From contig CAWINA010000007.1 in NCBI GenBank assembly GCA_963837405.1, positions 9,600 through 73,599 of the forward strand: a stretch of 64,000 nucleotides of DNA, given 5' to 3'. Below, piece after piece: positions 9,506-19,479 of this stretch; within the stretch, counting starts at the first letter, position 1; each line of letters starts with the position of its first letter. A program made the position numbers and the translations under genes. The notes below the pieces were generated by a model, which saw only the letters and a list, made by a program, of their open reading frames with translations, was not told the origin of the DNA and did not search any database. This stretch comes from an uncultured Thermoleophilia bacterium. GTDB taxonomy: Bacteria > Actinomycetota > Thermoleophilia > Solirubrobacterales > 70-9.

Positions 9506-10609
9506 ATGATCCCGGTGGAGCGCCTTGGCGAGGCGATGCGCGAGGCCTACCCGGAGCTGGCGCGGGTGGGTGCGACCGCCGCGGACCCCGTGTACCTCGT
9601 CGGGGGGCGGTGCGCGACCTGCTGCTGGGGCGGGGCCGGGCCGACGTCGACCTGGTGGTCGAGGGGGACCCCGAGGTACTCGCCGTGGCGCTGGCGGGTG
9701 GAGCCCCACGCCGAACCACGACCGCTTCGGCACCTTGAAGGTCGAGCTCGACGGCCACGAGGTCGATATCGCCACCGCGCGCTCGGAGGTCTATCCCGAG
9801 CCGGGGGCGCTGCCGGTGGTCGAGTCCGGCGCCGACCTCGAAGCCGACCTCGCCCGGCGCGACTTCACCGTCAACGCGATCGCTGTGCCATTGGCCGGCG
9901 AGCCGCGGCTGATCGATCCGCACGGGGGGCTCGCGGACCTCGAGGCCGGGGTGCTGCGCGTTCTCCACCCAGCCTCGTTTCGCGACGACCCGACGCGGGC
10001 GATCCGAGCGGCGCGGTACGCAGCGCGGTTGGGGCTCGAGATCGAGGGGGAGACGGAGCGGCTGCTGCGCGAGACGAATCCCGGGACGGTTTCCGCGGAT
10101 CGCTGGCGGGCGGAGTTGACGCGCCTGGCGGCTGAACCGGCAGCGCCGCAGGGGTTCGAAGAACTGGCTGGGTGGGGGCTACTGAATCTCGGCGAGCGCT
10201 GGGAAGTCCTGGCCGCAGCACTACCTGAATTGCTTGCGGAGTCACCGTGGGTCGGGGAGGTCGATTGGGCGGGGGCTTGGCTGGCGGCCGCTTGGGTCCC
10301 TGGGACGGCGCCGAGGAGCTGGCGGTCGCTTCCCCCGCCCAGCCCTCCCAGGCCTGGGCCCTGGCGCGCGGCCACGGACCAACGGATCTGCTCCTGGCCC
10401 GCGCCCTTGGCGCCGAGTGGCTCGACGACTACATGGGCGTCTGGCGCGCGGTCGAGCTGGAGATCGACGGCGCCGACCTGATCGCCGCTGGGGTACCGGA
10501 GGGGCCAGCGCTCGGGCGTGGCCTGGCGGCTGCGCTGCGGCGCAAGCTCGACGGCGAGATATCCGGCCGCGAGCAGGAGCTCGCCGCCGCGCTCGAGGCT
10601 TCTGCTTAG
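9506..10609 (+). pseudogene. CCA-adding enzyme / poly(A) polymerase family nucleotidyltransferase, about 3 frameshifts
   Basis: VYLVGGAVRDLLLGRGRADVDLVVEG, FGTLKVELDGHEVDIATAR..DLARRDFTVNAIAV, and a C-terminal ...LDGEISGREQELAAALEASA lie in three different frames. Shifts are near 9605 (G-run), about 9710 and about 10300. Confidence 0.75.
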
Positions 10610-10615
10610 TTTCCG

Positions 10616-11332
10616 GTGATGGAGTGGCGTGAGAGCGAAGGCGTGCGCTGGCTGGAGGCCGACCTGGGCGGGTCGGCGGCGGCCTTCGCGACGCGGGTCG
10701 GCGGCGTCAGCGCGGCGCCCTTCGAAACGCTCAACCTGGGGCTGCTGACCGAGGACGCCGAGGCGAACGTGATCGAGAACCGCCGCCGGCTCGCCGCGGC
10801 GCTCAGGTTCCCGCTCGATCGCGTCGCCCACTCGAAACAGGTGCACGGCTCGGAGCTGGCGACCGCGTCCGAGCCGAAGCGGGAAGCCGACGGACAGATC
10901 CTGGCCGAGCCCGGAAGCGCCGCACTCGTCCTTACCGCCGACTGCCTCCCGGTCGCCGTTCGCGGGCCCGGTGGGGTCGCGATGCTGCACTGCGGCTGGC
11001 GTGGGCTCGCCGCTGGCATCGTCGCCAAGGGCGCCGCCGCGGTTGGCGCGACCAGCGCCGCGATCGGGCCCGGGATCGGACCGTGCTGCTACGAGGTTGG
11101 CGAGGAGGTCCTCGGCGCCTTCGCCGGGCTCGGGGAGGGGGTCGCGAGCGGCCGGATGCTCGACCTGCCCGAGGTCGCGCAGCGGCTGTTGCGCGAGGCC
11201 GGCGTCGAGCGGGTCGAGTCCGCCGACCTCTGCACGAGCTGCAACCCGGAGCTCTTCTTCAGTCACCGCCGCGACGCCGGTGCCACCGGCCGCCAGGGCA
11301 GCCTCGCCTGGCTCGCGGAAGAGGCGGGCTGA
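10616..11332 (+). CDS. pgeF: peptidoglycan editing factor PgeF / YfiH (DUF152) family
   Basis: 238 aa with LNLGL, VHGSE, TADCLPV and HCGWRGLAAGIV motifs, and a conserved position next to ylmE-sepF. Confidence 0.85.
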   Translation: MMEWRESEGVRWLEADLGGSAAAFATRVGGVSAAPFETLNLGLLTEDAEANVIENRRRLAAALRFPLDRVAHSKQVHGSELATASEPKREADGQILAEPGSAALVLTADCLPVAVRGPGGVAMLHCGWRGLAAGIVAKGAAAVGATSAAIGPGIGPCCYEVGEEVLGAFAGLGEGVASGRMLDLPEVAQRLLREAGVERVESADLCTSCNPELFFSHRRDAGATGRQGSLAWLAEEAG

Positions 11333-11968
11333 TGGCGGTCGAGCCGTTCCGCGGGATCGACCCGGCGATGGTCACGCGCAACCTCGAGGCGGTGCGGTCC
11401 GAGGCCGGCGCGGGGGTGGAGATCCTTGTCGCCTGCAAGTACGTGCCGCTGGAGGAGATGGGCGCCCTGGCCGCGGCCGGCGTCGCCCTGGTCGGCGAGA
11501 ACCGCCAGCAGGACCTCGCCGCCAAGCACGAGTGCTGGGGAGACTCCTTTACCTGGGACTTCATCGGCAATCTGCAGAGCCGCAAGGTCAAGCAGATCGT
11601 GCCGCTCTGTCGGCTGATCCACTCAGTCGCCACCGACTCGGTGCTGGCCCAGCTGGAGAAGCACGGGACGCCTGAGACCGAGGTCCTGATCGAGGTCAAC
11701 GTCGCCGGCGAGGAGGGCAAGGGTGGGGTCGCGCCGGACGAGCTGGCCGGACTTCATCGCCCGCTGCCCGGTCAAGGTGGGCGGGCTGATGACGATGCCC
11801 CCGTTCAGCGAGAACCCCGAGGCCTCGCGCCCCTTCTTCTCCCGGCTCGCCGAGCTGGCCGCCGCCAACGGCCTCGAGCGGCTCTCGATGGGCACCTCAC
11901 AGGACTGGCGTGTCGCCGTCCAGGAGGGCGCGACGATCATCCGCCTGGGCACGGCCCTGTTCGTGTGA
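11332..11968 (+). pseudogene. ylmE: YggS/YlmE PLP-homeostasis protein with one frameshift near 11745
   Basis: EILVACKYVP..GENRQQ..WDFIGNLQSRKV..LIEVNVAGEEGKGG continues as DFIARCPVKVGGLMTMPP...LSMGTSQDW..GATIIRLGTALF in ORF 11723..11968. Removing one g from gagctgGccggac restores the frame. Confidence 0.8.
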
Positions 11969-12035
11969 ATCGGCGCTAATCTCCCCGCAATTGGGTAAAG
12001 AGGAGTCGTAGGATCGAGACCGAAACACCCCTGAG

Positions 12036-12587
12036 ATGGCACTGAGAGATACCTGGCATAGAGCGCTCGTCTACTTCGGCCTGGCCGAGGACCACCACGA
12101 CTACGGTCCCGAATTCGAAGACGATTTCGAACCGGAAACCAACTCGGAGGAAGTCTTCGAGGCGCGCCGCGAGCGAGACCAGGGCTCGGTTCGCCGCCTC
12201 CCGACCTCGCGTCGCGCCCGCCGCGACGAGATCGACGACATCTTCGCCGACGACGAGCCGATCGCCGCCAGTCGCACGCGCACGCTGCGTCCGGTCGACA
12301 ATGGCGGCGACATCCAGGTCCACCTGGTGATCCCGCGCAACTTCAACGACGCCCAGCAGGTCGCCGACCAGTTCAAACGCTCGGTCCCGGTGATCCTCAA
12401 CCTGCAGACCGCCGACCACGACCTCTCGAAGCGGATGATCGACTTCTGCTCCGGGCTCACCTACGCGCTGGACGGCGGCATGCAGCGAATCGCCGAGAAG
12501 ATGTTCCTGTTGACGCCGCGCAACGTCGACGTTTCCGCCGAGGAAAAAGCGAGGCTGATCGACAAGGGCTTCTTCAACCAGTCCTAG
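12036..12587 (+). CDS. sepF: cell division protein SepF
   Basis: 183 aa with an MALRDTWHRALVYFGL amphipathic N-terminus and the SepF core VIPRNFNDAQQVADQFKRSVPVILNL...IDFCSGLTYALDG. Confidence 0.9.
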   Translation: MALRDTWHRALVYFGLAEDHHDYGPEFEDDFEPETNSEEVFEARRERDQGSVRRLPTSRRARRDEIDDIFADDEPIAASRTRTLRPVDNGGDIQVHLVIPRNFNDAQQVADQFKRSVPVILNLQTADHDLSKRMIDFCSGLTYALDGGMQRIAEKMFLLTPRNVDVSAEEKARLIDKGFFNQS

Positions 12588-12710
12588 CGCCGCCCCGGCC
12601 GTTTACACCCCTTTCTCAAAGCGGCAACCTTTCGTTAGCAAGCGGCTGGCGACGTCTCCTTAGGTTCGCCCGGAACCACATCCGGAACAACAAAAGGAGG
12701 CAGCACCCTC

Positions 12711-14089
12711 ATGCGAGCCAAGCGGAAGCTGTTTGGTCTCCTCGCGGTCATGGTGTTCGTGGCGGTAGCCGCCGCGGGAGCACTGGCCAGCGGCAAGGAC
12801 GACGGCAACGACAATTCGCGCCAGATCAAGCGGTTGATCGACTCCGGCAAGCCGAAGAACGTGATCCTGCTGATCGGCGATGGGATGGGCGCCAGTGAGA
12901 TCACCGTTGCCAAGTACTACGCCAGGGGCGCCGACGGCACCCTGAACATGGAAACGCTGCCCTTCACGGGCGAGCTGAACACGTACGGCCTCTCGGCAGG
13001 GCCCGGTCCGACCTACGCCCCCAACTACGTGCCGGACTCGGCTCCGACCGCGACCGCATGGTCGACGGGCAGGAAGACGATCGACGCCCGGGTCTCGCAG
13101 GGTCCGAGCAGCTCGGAGAAAGTCCCCGGCTCGAATTCCGGCTACACGACGACGTTCGAGATCGCTGACAAACGCGGCATGTTGGTCGGCAACGTCTCGA
13201 CGGCGGAGATCACCGACGCGACGCCGGCGGCGCCGTCTTCGCATATCTCCCAGCGCGCCTGCCAGGGTCCGGCGGATACCCGCACGATCTGCGCCGGCGA
13301 GGCGAAGGGGGCCGGCGGGATCGGCTCGATCGCCGAGCAGCAGGTCGACCATCTGCTGGACGTCAACCTCGGCGGCGGCCGCAACCGCTATCTGCAGACG
13401 CCTCGACGGCAGCAGCAGCACGGTGGTCGACTACGCGAAATCGAAGGGGTACCGCTACGTCGAGTCGGCGAGCGAGCTGAGCGCAGTCACCTCGCTCGCC
13501 AAAGGTCCGCGTCCTCGGGCTGTTCAACGCCAGCAACATGACCACCGAGTTCGAACCGCTGATCGCGGCTACGACCCCGGGGGCTGGCAGCCCGACGTTC
13601 CGCTGTGACGAGACGAACCGGCCCTCGAACGAGCCCAGCCTCGAAGCGATGACCAGGAAGGCGATCCAGCTGCTGGAGAACCGCAAGGGCTTCTTCCTGC
13701 AGGTCGAGGGCGCCTCGATCGACAAGCGCGACCACGCTTCGGACGTCTGCGGTCAGATCGGCGAGACCCTCGCCTTCGATCGCGCCGTCGGGGTTGCGCT
13801 TGCCTACCAGGAGCGCAACGAGGACACGCTTGTCGTGATCACCGCCGATCACTCGCACACGAGCCAGATCGTGCCCGCCGGGCAGGACGTGCCGGGGTTC
13901 TACGCGACGCTGAAATCGGACGACGGGGTGCCGATCCGGGTCTCTTATGGGACCGGCAAGACCGCGCCCGGGATGTCGCACACGGGCGCTCGCGTCCCGG
14001 TCGCGGCGATCGGTCCCCAGGCGAGCAACGTGATGGGGATTCGCGACCAGACCGATCTGTTCCAGACGCTGATCGGCCGCGAAGACTGA
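12711..14089 (+). pseudogene. phoA: secreted alkaline phosphatase (PhoA family), 2 frameshifts
   Basis: Signal peptide, LLIGDGMG, active-site VPDSAPTATAWSTG, then VDYAKSKGYRYV and FLQVEGASIDKRDH...ITADHSHTSQ lie in three successive frames. Inserted c residues are near 13408 and 13508. Confidence 0.85.
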
Positions 14090-14101
14090 TCGACCGTCGG
14101 C

Positions 14102-14136
14102 GATCATGGCCCGGGGATAGTCTCCGGGCCATGATC
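14102..14136. promoter_or_regulatory. 13-bp perfect inverted repeat overlapping the proC start codon
   Basis: gatcatggcccgg (14102-14114), loop ggatagtct, ccgggccatgatc (14124-14136). The right arm contains the proC ATG (14131-14133). The loop contains TAGTCT (a TANNNT match) 7 nt upstream of that ATG. Confidence 0.6.
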
Positions 14137-14871
14137 GTTGGCTTCTGCGGTTCCGGGAACATGGCTGCGGCGATGGCCCGCGGCTGGGTCGGCGAGCTGA
14201 GCGGGATGCTGTTCTCCGACAGCGGCTCGGGCCGGGCCCGAGCCCTGGCCGAAGAGGTCGGCGGCGAAGCGGTCGCCAACTCTGAGCTGGCCGAGCGCAG
14301 CGACTTCGTGGTGCTCGCCGTGAAGCCGAACAAGCTCGACGAGGCGGCGTCGCAGATCGGCGCTGTGCGGAGCGTCGTCTCGGTGCTGGCGGCGACGCCG
14401 CTGAAGCGGCTCACCGCGGCGCTGCCGGGCGCCGAAGTCCTGCGGGTGATGCCGAACATCGCGGTCGAGGTCCGCCGGGGCGTGCTCTGCGTCGCCGGCG
14501 AGGCGAGCGAGGAGGTCCGCGCCACGCTCGGGCTGCTCGGTCACGTGGTCGAGATCGCCGACCGCGACTTCGACCAGGCGACCGCGATCATGGGCTGCGC
14601 GCCGGCCTACCTGGCGCTCGCCGTAGAGGCCCTGGCCGACGCCGGCGCCGCGGCGGGGCTCGACCGCGAGCTTGCCGGCGAGCTCGTCGTCGAGACCACG
14701 GCCGGGACCGCGGAGCTGCTGCAGGTGCGCCACCCCGCCGACGTCCGCAAGGCGGTCACCTCGCCGGGGGGCAGCACCGAAGCCGGCCTGGAAGCGCTCG
14801 ATCGCGAGGGCGCGCGGGAGGCCTTCGAGGCGGCCGTCGCCGCTTCCCTGGAGAGGATGCGCGGCAAGTGA
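14131..14871 (+). CDS. proC: pyrroline-5-carboxylate reductase
   Basis: 246 aa with an N-terminal Rossmann motif VGFCGSGNMAAAMARG and C-terminal VTSPGGSTEAGL. Confidence 0.9.
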   Translation: MIVGFCGSGNMAAAMARGWVGELSGMLFSDSGSGRARALAEEVGGEAVANSELAERSDFVVLAVKPNKLDEAASQIGAVRSVVSVLAATPLKRLTAALPGAEVLRVMPNIAVEVRRGVLCVAGEASEEVRATLGLLGHVVEIADRDFDQATAIMGCAPAYLALAVEALADAGAAAGLDRELAGELVVETTAGTAELLQVRHPADVRKAVTSPGGSTEAGLEALDREGAREAFEAAVAASLERMRGK

Positions 14872-15170
14872 TCTCGCTCGCGATCACCCGCGGCGATGTC
14901 GCCGACTACGTCAGCGCGCTGTTCATCGTCTACATCATCCTGATCTTCCTCAACATCCTGATCTCCTACGTGCCGCGCATGCCCTACCGGCCCTGGCTGC
15001 GCTCGGTGCTCGACTTCATCACCGAGTCGACCAATCCCTACCTCAACTTCTTCCGCCGCTTCCTGCCGCCGCTCGGCGGCGGCGGCTTCGCGATCGATCT
15101 CGCCCCGATGCTCGGCGTGATCCTGCTGTTCGTGGCCCGGGCGGTCGTCGTCGGCCTGATCGAGGGGTGA
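14868..15170 (+). CDS. yggT: YggT/YlmG family membrane protein
   Basis: 100 aa, two TM segments, typical YIILIFLNILISYVP..NPYL..PPLGG..DLAPML pattern. Start overlaps the proC stop. Confidence 0.85.
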   Translation: MISLAITRGDVADYVSALFIVYIILIFLNILISYVPRMPYRPWLRSVLDFITESTNPYLNFFRRFLPPLGGGGFAIDLAPMLGVILLFVARAVVVGLIEG

Positions 15171-15661
15171 GCGCCGCCGCCAAGCGCGCCTGGCTGCTGG
15201 CCGCTCTGCTCGCCCTCGCGGTCCTCGTCTGCGACCAGGTCGCGAAGGCGATCGCCGAGGAGCGGATCACGATCGGCGAGCAGATCGAGGTGCTGGGTCC
15301 GCTCGAATTCACCCTCACCCACAACCGCGGCGTCGCCTTCGGGCTGGCCGGCGGGGCGGGGGCGCCGTTGGTCCTCGTCACCCTGGTCGCGCTCGGCGTC
15401 GTCGGCTACGTGTTCTCCCGCAACCCGGCCCGGCCCCGGATGTGGGTCGCGGTCGGGCTGCTGGCGGGGGGCGCGATCGGCAACCTCGTCGACCGCATCC
15501 GGCTCGGCCACGTCACCGACTTCATCGACCTGCCGCCCTGGCCGCCGTTCAACCTCGCCGACGTCGCGATCACCTTCGGGGTGATCCTGCTTGTCGTCCT
15601 CTTCCTGTTCGACGCGGGAGCGCAGACGAAGGACGGGGGGGCGGAGCAAGAGCGTGCCTGA
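15167..15661 (+). CDS. lspA: lipoprotein signal peptidase II
   Basis: GTG overlaps the yggT stop. Motifs NRGVAFG, GGAIGNLVDR, VTDFID and FNLAD. Confidence 0.85.
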   Translation: MSAAAKRAWLLAALLALAVLVCDQVAKAIAEERITIGEQIEVLGPLEFTLTHNRGVAFGLAGGAGAPLVLVTLVALGVVGYVFSRNPARPRMWVAVGLLAGGAIGNLVDRIRLGHVTDFIDLPPWPPFNLADVAITFGVILLVVLFLFDAGAQTKDGGAEQERA

Positions 15662-16334
15662 GCCGCAACTGCGCATCGTTCACCTCGACGCGGCCCTGGC
15701 CGTGGTTGAGAAGCCGGCCGGGCTTGTCGTTCACCCGGCGCCCTCGCACCGCGGGCCGACCCTGGTCGACGAGCTCGCCGAGATCCTCGGCGGCGGCGCT
15801 GACCCGGCGCGACCGGGGATCGTGCACCGGCTCGACAAGGGCACCAGCGGGCTCCTGGTCGTCGCCCGTGACGACGCGACCCACGCGGCGCTGCAGCGGG
15901 CGGTCCGCGAGCGCGAGGTCGAGCGCGTCTACCTGGCGCTGGCCGGCGGGCGGCTCGGCTCGCGGACCGGGACGATCGATGCCCCGATCGGCCGCGCCTC
16001 CCGCCAGCGCCACCGGATGGCGGTCTCCGGCGCCGCCTCGCGGCAAGCGCGGACCCATTTCGAGGTGCTCGAGCTGCTGCCGCGCGAGAGCTACCTGGAG
16101 GCCCGCCTTGAGACCGGCCGCACCCACCAGATCCGCGCCCACTTCGCGGCGATCGGCCACCCGCTGACCGGCGATCCCACCTACGGCGGCGCCGAGCGCT
16201 ACGGACTGGGCCGCCAGTTCCTCCACGCCCACCGGCTCGCCTTCGCGCATCCGGCCACGGGCGAGCGCCTCGCCTTCGAATCGCCCCTGCCCGAGGACCT
16301 CGAGGCGGCGCTGCAAGCGGCCCACGCGCCCTAG
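15654..16334 (+). CDS. rluD: RluA-family pseudouridine synthase (RluD-like, no S4 domain if the GTG at 15654 is used)
   Basis: VVEKPAGLVVHP, HRLDKGTSGLLVVA and TGRTHQIRAHF motifs. The start is uncertain (15591 to 15654). Confidence 0.85.
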   Translation: MPEPQLRIVHLDAALAVVEKPAGLVVHPAPSHRGPTLVDELAEILGGGADPARPGIVHRLDKGTSGLLVVARDDATHAALQRAVREREVERVYLALAGGRLGSRTGTIDAPIGRASRQRHRMAVSGAASRQARTHFEVLELLPRESYLEARLETGRTHQIRAHFAAIGHPLTGDPTYGGAERYGLGRQFLHAHRLAFAHPATGERLAFESPLPEDLEAALQAAHAP

Positions 16335-16469
16335 TCCACCTCTCTACAATCAGCGATTCAGAAACCAACCCCCGTCCAGGGCGGTCCGGATCCTGCCCGG
16401 CCAGACATATGGCCGGGTCCCGGGAAGCGGGGCGGGGCCAGCATTGCCAAAACCCAAGGAGATTCACAC

Positions 16470-17516
16470 ATGCCAGAGGCAGGCCTCAAAGAGCTGCTCG
16501 AGGCCGGAGTTCACTTCGGCCATCAAACCCGGCGCTGGAACCCGAACATGCGCCGCTTCATCTTCACCGAGCTCGACGGGATCCACATCATCGATCTCGT
16601 CCAGACCGAGGCGCTGCTGGAGAACGCCCGCCGTTTCGCCGGCGAGCTCGCCAGCGGCGGCGGCATGGTGCTCTTCGTCGGCACCAAGAAGCAGGCCCGC
16701 GACACGGTCCAGGAATGGGCCGAACGCTGCAAGATGCCTTACGTCAACAAACGCTGGCTGGGCGGGCTGCTGACCAACTTCAACACGATGTCGGGCCGGA
16801 TCGCCCGCCTGCACGAGCTCAACGGCTGGAAAGAGGAGGGCAAACTCGATCTGCTCCCGACCAAGGAGCGGATGGGGATGGAGGCCGAACTTGCCAAGCT
16901 CGAGTTCAACCTCGGCGGCGTCCGCGACATGGACCGCCTGCCCGACGCGGTCTTCGTCACCGACCTGAAAACCGAGGAGATCGCGGTCCACGAGGCGGCC
17001 CGCCTGCGGATCCCGATCATCGGCCTTGTCGACACCAACTGCGACCCGACGCCGGTCGACTACGTGATCCCCGGCAACGACGACGCGATCCGCTCCTGCC
17101 AGCTGGTGATCGGCACGATCGGAACCGCGGTCGAGGATGGTTCTTCCGCCTGGCGGGTCCAGGAGGAGAAGCGGATCGCCGAAGAAATGGAGCGGCGCAA
17201 ACGCGACGAGGAAGAGCGCAAGAAACGCGAGGAAGAAGAGAAAGTCCGCGTCGAAGCGCAGGAAGCCAAAAAAGCCGAAGAAGAGGCTGCGGCGAAAGCG
17301 GCAGAAGCCGCAAAAGCGCAGGAGGCTGCGAGGAAAGCGGCCACCGAGGCGCCGCCCGCGCCGCCCGCTCAGCCGGACGCACCGGCGCCCGGCGCGCCGC
17401 CGAGAGCCGCCGCGCCGCCAAAAGCGGCTGAGGCGCCGCCCGCGCCCGAGCAGCCCACCGCCCCCGCCGCTGAGGAGGTCGCGCCCAGTGACGAGAAAGC
17501 CGAGGAGTCGAAATGA
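16470..17516 (+). CDS. rpsB: 30S ribosomal protein S2 with a long low-complexity C-terminal tail
   Basis: LLEAGVHFGHQTRRWNP, an SD aaggag 7 nt upstream, and 348 aa. The last roughly 110 aa are E/K/A/P-rich. Confidence 0.95.
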   Translation: MPEAGLKELLEAGVHFGHQTRRWNPNMRRFIFTELDGIHIIDLVQTEALLENARRFAGELASGGGMVLFVGTKKQARDTVQEWAERCKMPYVNKRWLGGLLTNFNTMSGRIARLHELNGWKEEGKLDLLPTKERMGMEAELAKLEFNLGGVRDMDRLPDAVFVTDLKTEEIAVHEAARLRIPIIGLVDTNCDPTPVDYVIPGNDDAIRSCQLVIGTIGTAVEDGSSAWRVQEEKRIAEEMERRKRDEEERKKREEEEKVRVEAQEAKKAEEEAAAKAAEAAKAQEAARKAATEAPPAPPAQPDAPAPGAPPRAAAPPKAAEAPPAPEQPTAPAAEEVAPSDEKAEESK

Positions 17517-18118
17517 GTATCAGTGCTGCTGACGTGAAGGCGCTCCGGGACCGGACCGGGGCGGCGATGATGGACTGCAAATCGGCCCTCGCGGAGGCCG
17601 ACGGCGACGTCGACCGCGCGATCGAGCTGCTGCGGGTGAAGGGTCAGGCCTCGGCGGCGAAGCGCGAAGGCCGCGGCACCAACGAGGGCGTCGTCTCCTC
17701 CTACATCCACGCCAACGACCGGGTCGGGGCGATGGTCGAGGTCCAGTGCGAGACCGACTTCGTCTCCCGCAACGAGGATTTCAAGGCCTTCGCCTACCAG
17801 GTCGCCCTGCACGTCGCGGCGACCGCGCCGAGCTACGTCTCGACCGAGGAGATCTCGGCCGACGAGCGCGAGGCGGAAAAGAAGGTCTTCGAGGAGAAAG
17901 CGCGCGAAGAAGGCAAGCCCGACAACGTGGTCGAGAAAATCGTTGAGGGTCAGCTGAAGAAGTGGGCGAGCGAAGTCGCGCTGCTCGACCAGGCCCACGT
18001 CAACGCCGAGAAGCACGACTCGAAAACGATCGAGGAGCTGCGCCAGGAGCTCGCCGCGAAGACCGGCGAGAACATCCGCATCGCCCGCTTCGCCTACTTC
18101 CGCGTCGGCGAGGAATAG
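17513..18118 (+). CDS. tsf: elongation factor Ts (short form, 201 aa)
   Basis: ISAADVKALRDRTGAAMMDCKSAL and HANDRVGAMVEVQCETDFV motifs. ATGA overlap with rpsB. Confidence 0.95.
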   Translation: MSISAADVKALRDRTGAAMMDCKSALAEADGDVDRAIELLRVKGQASAAKREGRGTNEGVVSSYIHANDRVGAMVEVQCETDFVSRNEDFKAFAYQVALHVAATAPSYVSTEEISADEREAEKKVFEEKAREEGKPDNVVEKIVEGQLKKWASEVALLDQAHVNAEKHDSKTIEELRQELAAKTGENIRIARFAYFRVGEE

Positions 18119-18130
18119 GGTCTAAACCAC

Positions 18131-18871
18131 GTGAGCGACTCCGCCGAACCACGATTCGGGCGCATCCTGCTGAAGCTTTCCGGCGAGGCCCTGATGGGCG
18201 AGCTGGATTACGGCACCGACGGGGCCGAGGTCGAGCGGATCGCCCGCCAGGTCGCGGCGGTCTGCGAGCGCGGGGTGGAGGTGGCGATCGTGGTCGGCGC
18301 CGGCAACATCTATCGCGGCCTCGACGGGGCGGCGAAAGGGATGGACCGCGCGACCGGCGACTACATGGGGATGCTGGCGACGGTGCTGAACGCCCTCACC
18401 CTGCAGGACGCGCTCGAGGGGCTCGGCAAGTACACCCGGGTGATGTCGGCGATCGACGTCAAGGAGGTCGCCGAGCCCTACATTCGCCGCCGCGCGATGC
18501 GCCACCTGGAGAAGAACCGGGTGGTGATCTTCGCGGCCGGCACCGGCAACCCGTTCTTCACCACCGACACGGCGGCGGCGCTGCGGGCGCTGGAGATCCA
18601 CGCCGAGACGATCCTGATGGCCAAGAACGGGGTCGAGGGGGTCTACGACTCCGACCCCGCGACCAACCCCGACGCGGCCTTCATCCCCGCGATCACCCAC
18701 CGCGAGGCGATCGAGCGGGGGCTGCGGGTGATGGACTCGACCGCGCTCTCGCTGTGCATGGACAACGACCTGCCGATCTACGTCTTCAACATGGCGGACG
18801 AGGGCAACATAGATAGGATCGTCTGCGGCGAGCAGGTGGGAACGCTGGTCTCCAGCGGGCCCGCCTCCTGA
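18131..18871 (+). CDS. pyrH: UMP kinase
   Basis: [37 protein letters not shown] motifs. Confidence 0.95.
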   Translation: MSDSAEPRFGRILLKLSGEALMGELDYGTDGAEVERIARQVAAVCERGVEVAIVVGAGNIYRGLDGAAKGMDRATGDYMGMLATVLNALTLQDALEGLGKYTRVMSAIDVKEVAEPYIRRRAMRHLEKNRVVIFAAGTGNPFFTTDTAAALRALEIHAETILMAKNGVEGVYDSDPATNPDAAFIPAITHREAIERGLRVMDSTALSLCMDNDLPIYVFNMADEGNIDRIVCGEQVGTLVSSGPAS

Positions 18872-18888
18872 CGACGAAACGGAGCCCG

Positions 18889-19452
18889 GTGGAGCTGATC
18901 GACGAACTTCTCGACGACGCGAAGGGGCGGATGACCAAGTCGGTCGAATCGAGCCGCAACGAGCTGGCGACGGTCCGCACCGGCCGCGCCTCGCCGCACC
19001 TGCTGGACCGCATCGTCGTCGACTACTACGGCGCGCCGACGGCGCTCAAGCAGCTCGCCAACGTCGCCGCCTCGGACGCCCGCCTGCTTACCGTCACCCC
19101 CTTCGACAAGGGGGGATTGGGGGCGATCGAGAAGGCGATCCAGGAGTCCGACGTCGGCCTCACCCCGTCCAACGACGGCAATGTGATCCGGCTGCAGGTC
19201 CCGGAGATGACCGAGGAGCGGCGGCGCGAGATGGTCAAGGTCGTCCACGGCGTCGCCGAGGAGGGTCGGGTCGCGATCCGCAACGTCCGCCGCGACGTGA
19301 TGAGCGACCTGCGCGACCTCAAGAAGGAGGGCGAAGCGGGCGAGGACGACGAGCGCCGCGCCGAGGCGGCCCTGCAGAAGCAGACCGACGAGGCGATCGC
19401 CGAGATCGATTCTTTGCTGAAGGGCAAGGAAGAGGAAATCCTCGAGGTTTGA
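18889..19452 (+). CDS. frr: ribosome recycling factor
   Basis: 187 aa; TVRTGRASPHLLD, IRLQVPEMTEERR, IRNVRRD motifs. Confidence 0.95.
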   Translation: MELIDELLDDAKGRMTKSVESSRNELATVRTGRASPHLLDRIVVDYYGAPTALKQLANVAASDARLLTVTPFDKGGLGAIEKAIQESDVGLTPSNDGNVIRLQVPEMTEERRREMVKVVHGVAEEGRVAIRNVRRDVMSDLRDLKKEGEAGEDDERRAEAALQKQTDEAIAEIDSLLKGKEEEILEV

Positions 19453-19479
19453 GGCTGCCCCGGGATCGGCTGATAGGCC

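Noticed and set aside
12588-12710. A PHO box upstream of phoA (gtttacacccc and following 11-mers)
   Set aside because: There is only a weak resemblance to the GTTCACC-type direct-repeat consensus, with several mismatches at conserved positions. It cannot be supported without a position weight matrix or comparative data.
16335-16469. A structured rpsB leader (hairpin cccggcc-agacatat-ggccggg) as an S2 autoregulatory element
   Set aside because: It is a single 7-bp hairpin with no resemblance I can verify to the described S2-binding pseudoknot leader. It may simply be the rluD terminator.
17160-17480. A CRISPR array or tandem-repeat element, considered here and in the 31.5-31.8 kb Pro/Ala-coding stretch
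   Set aside because: The repetitiveness is codon-level low complexity inside ORFs (the S2 tail and the Pro/Ala linker). There are no regularly spaced identical direct repeats of 25-40 nt anywhere in the window.
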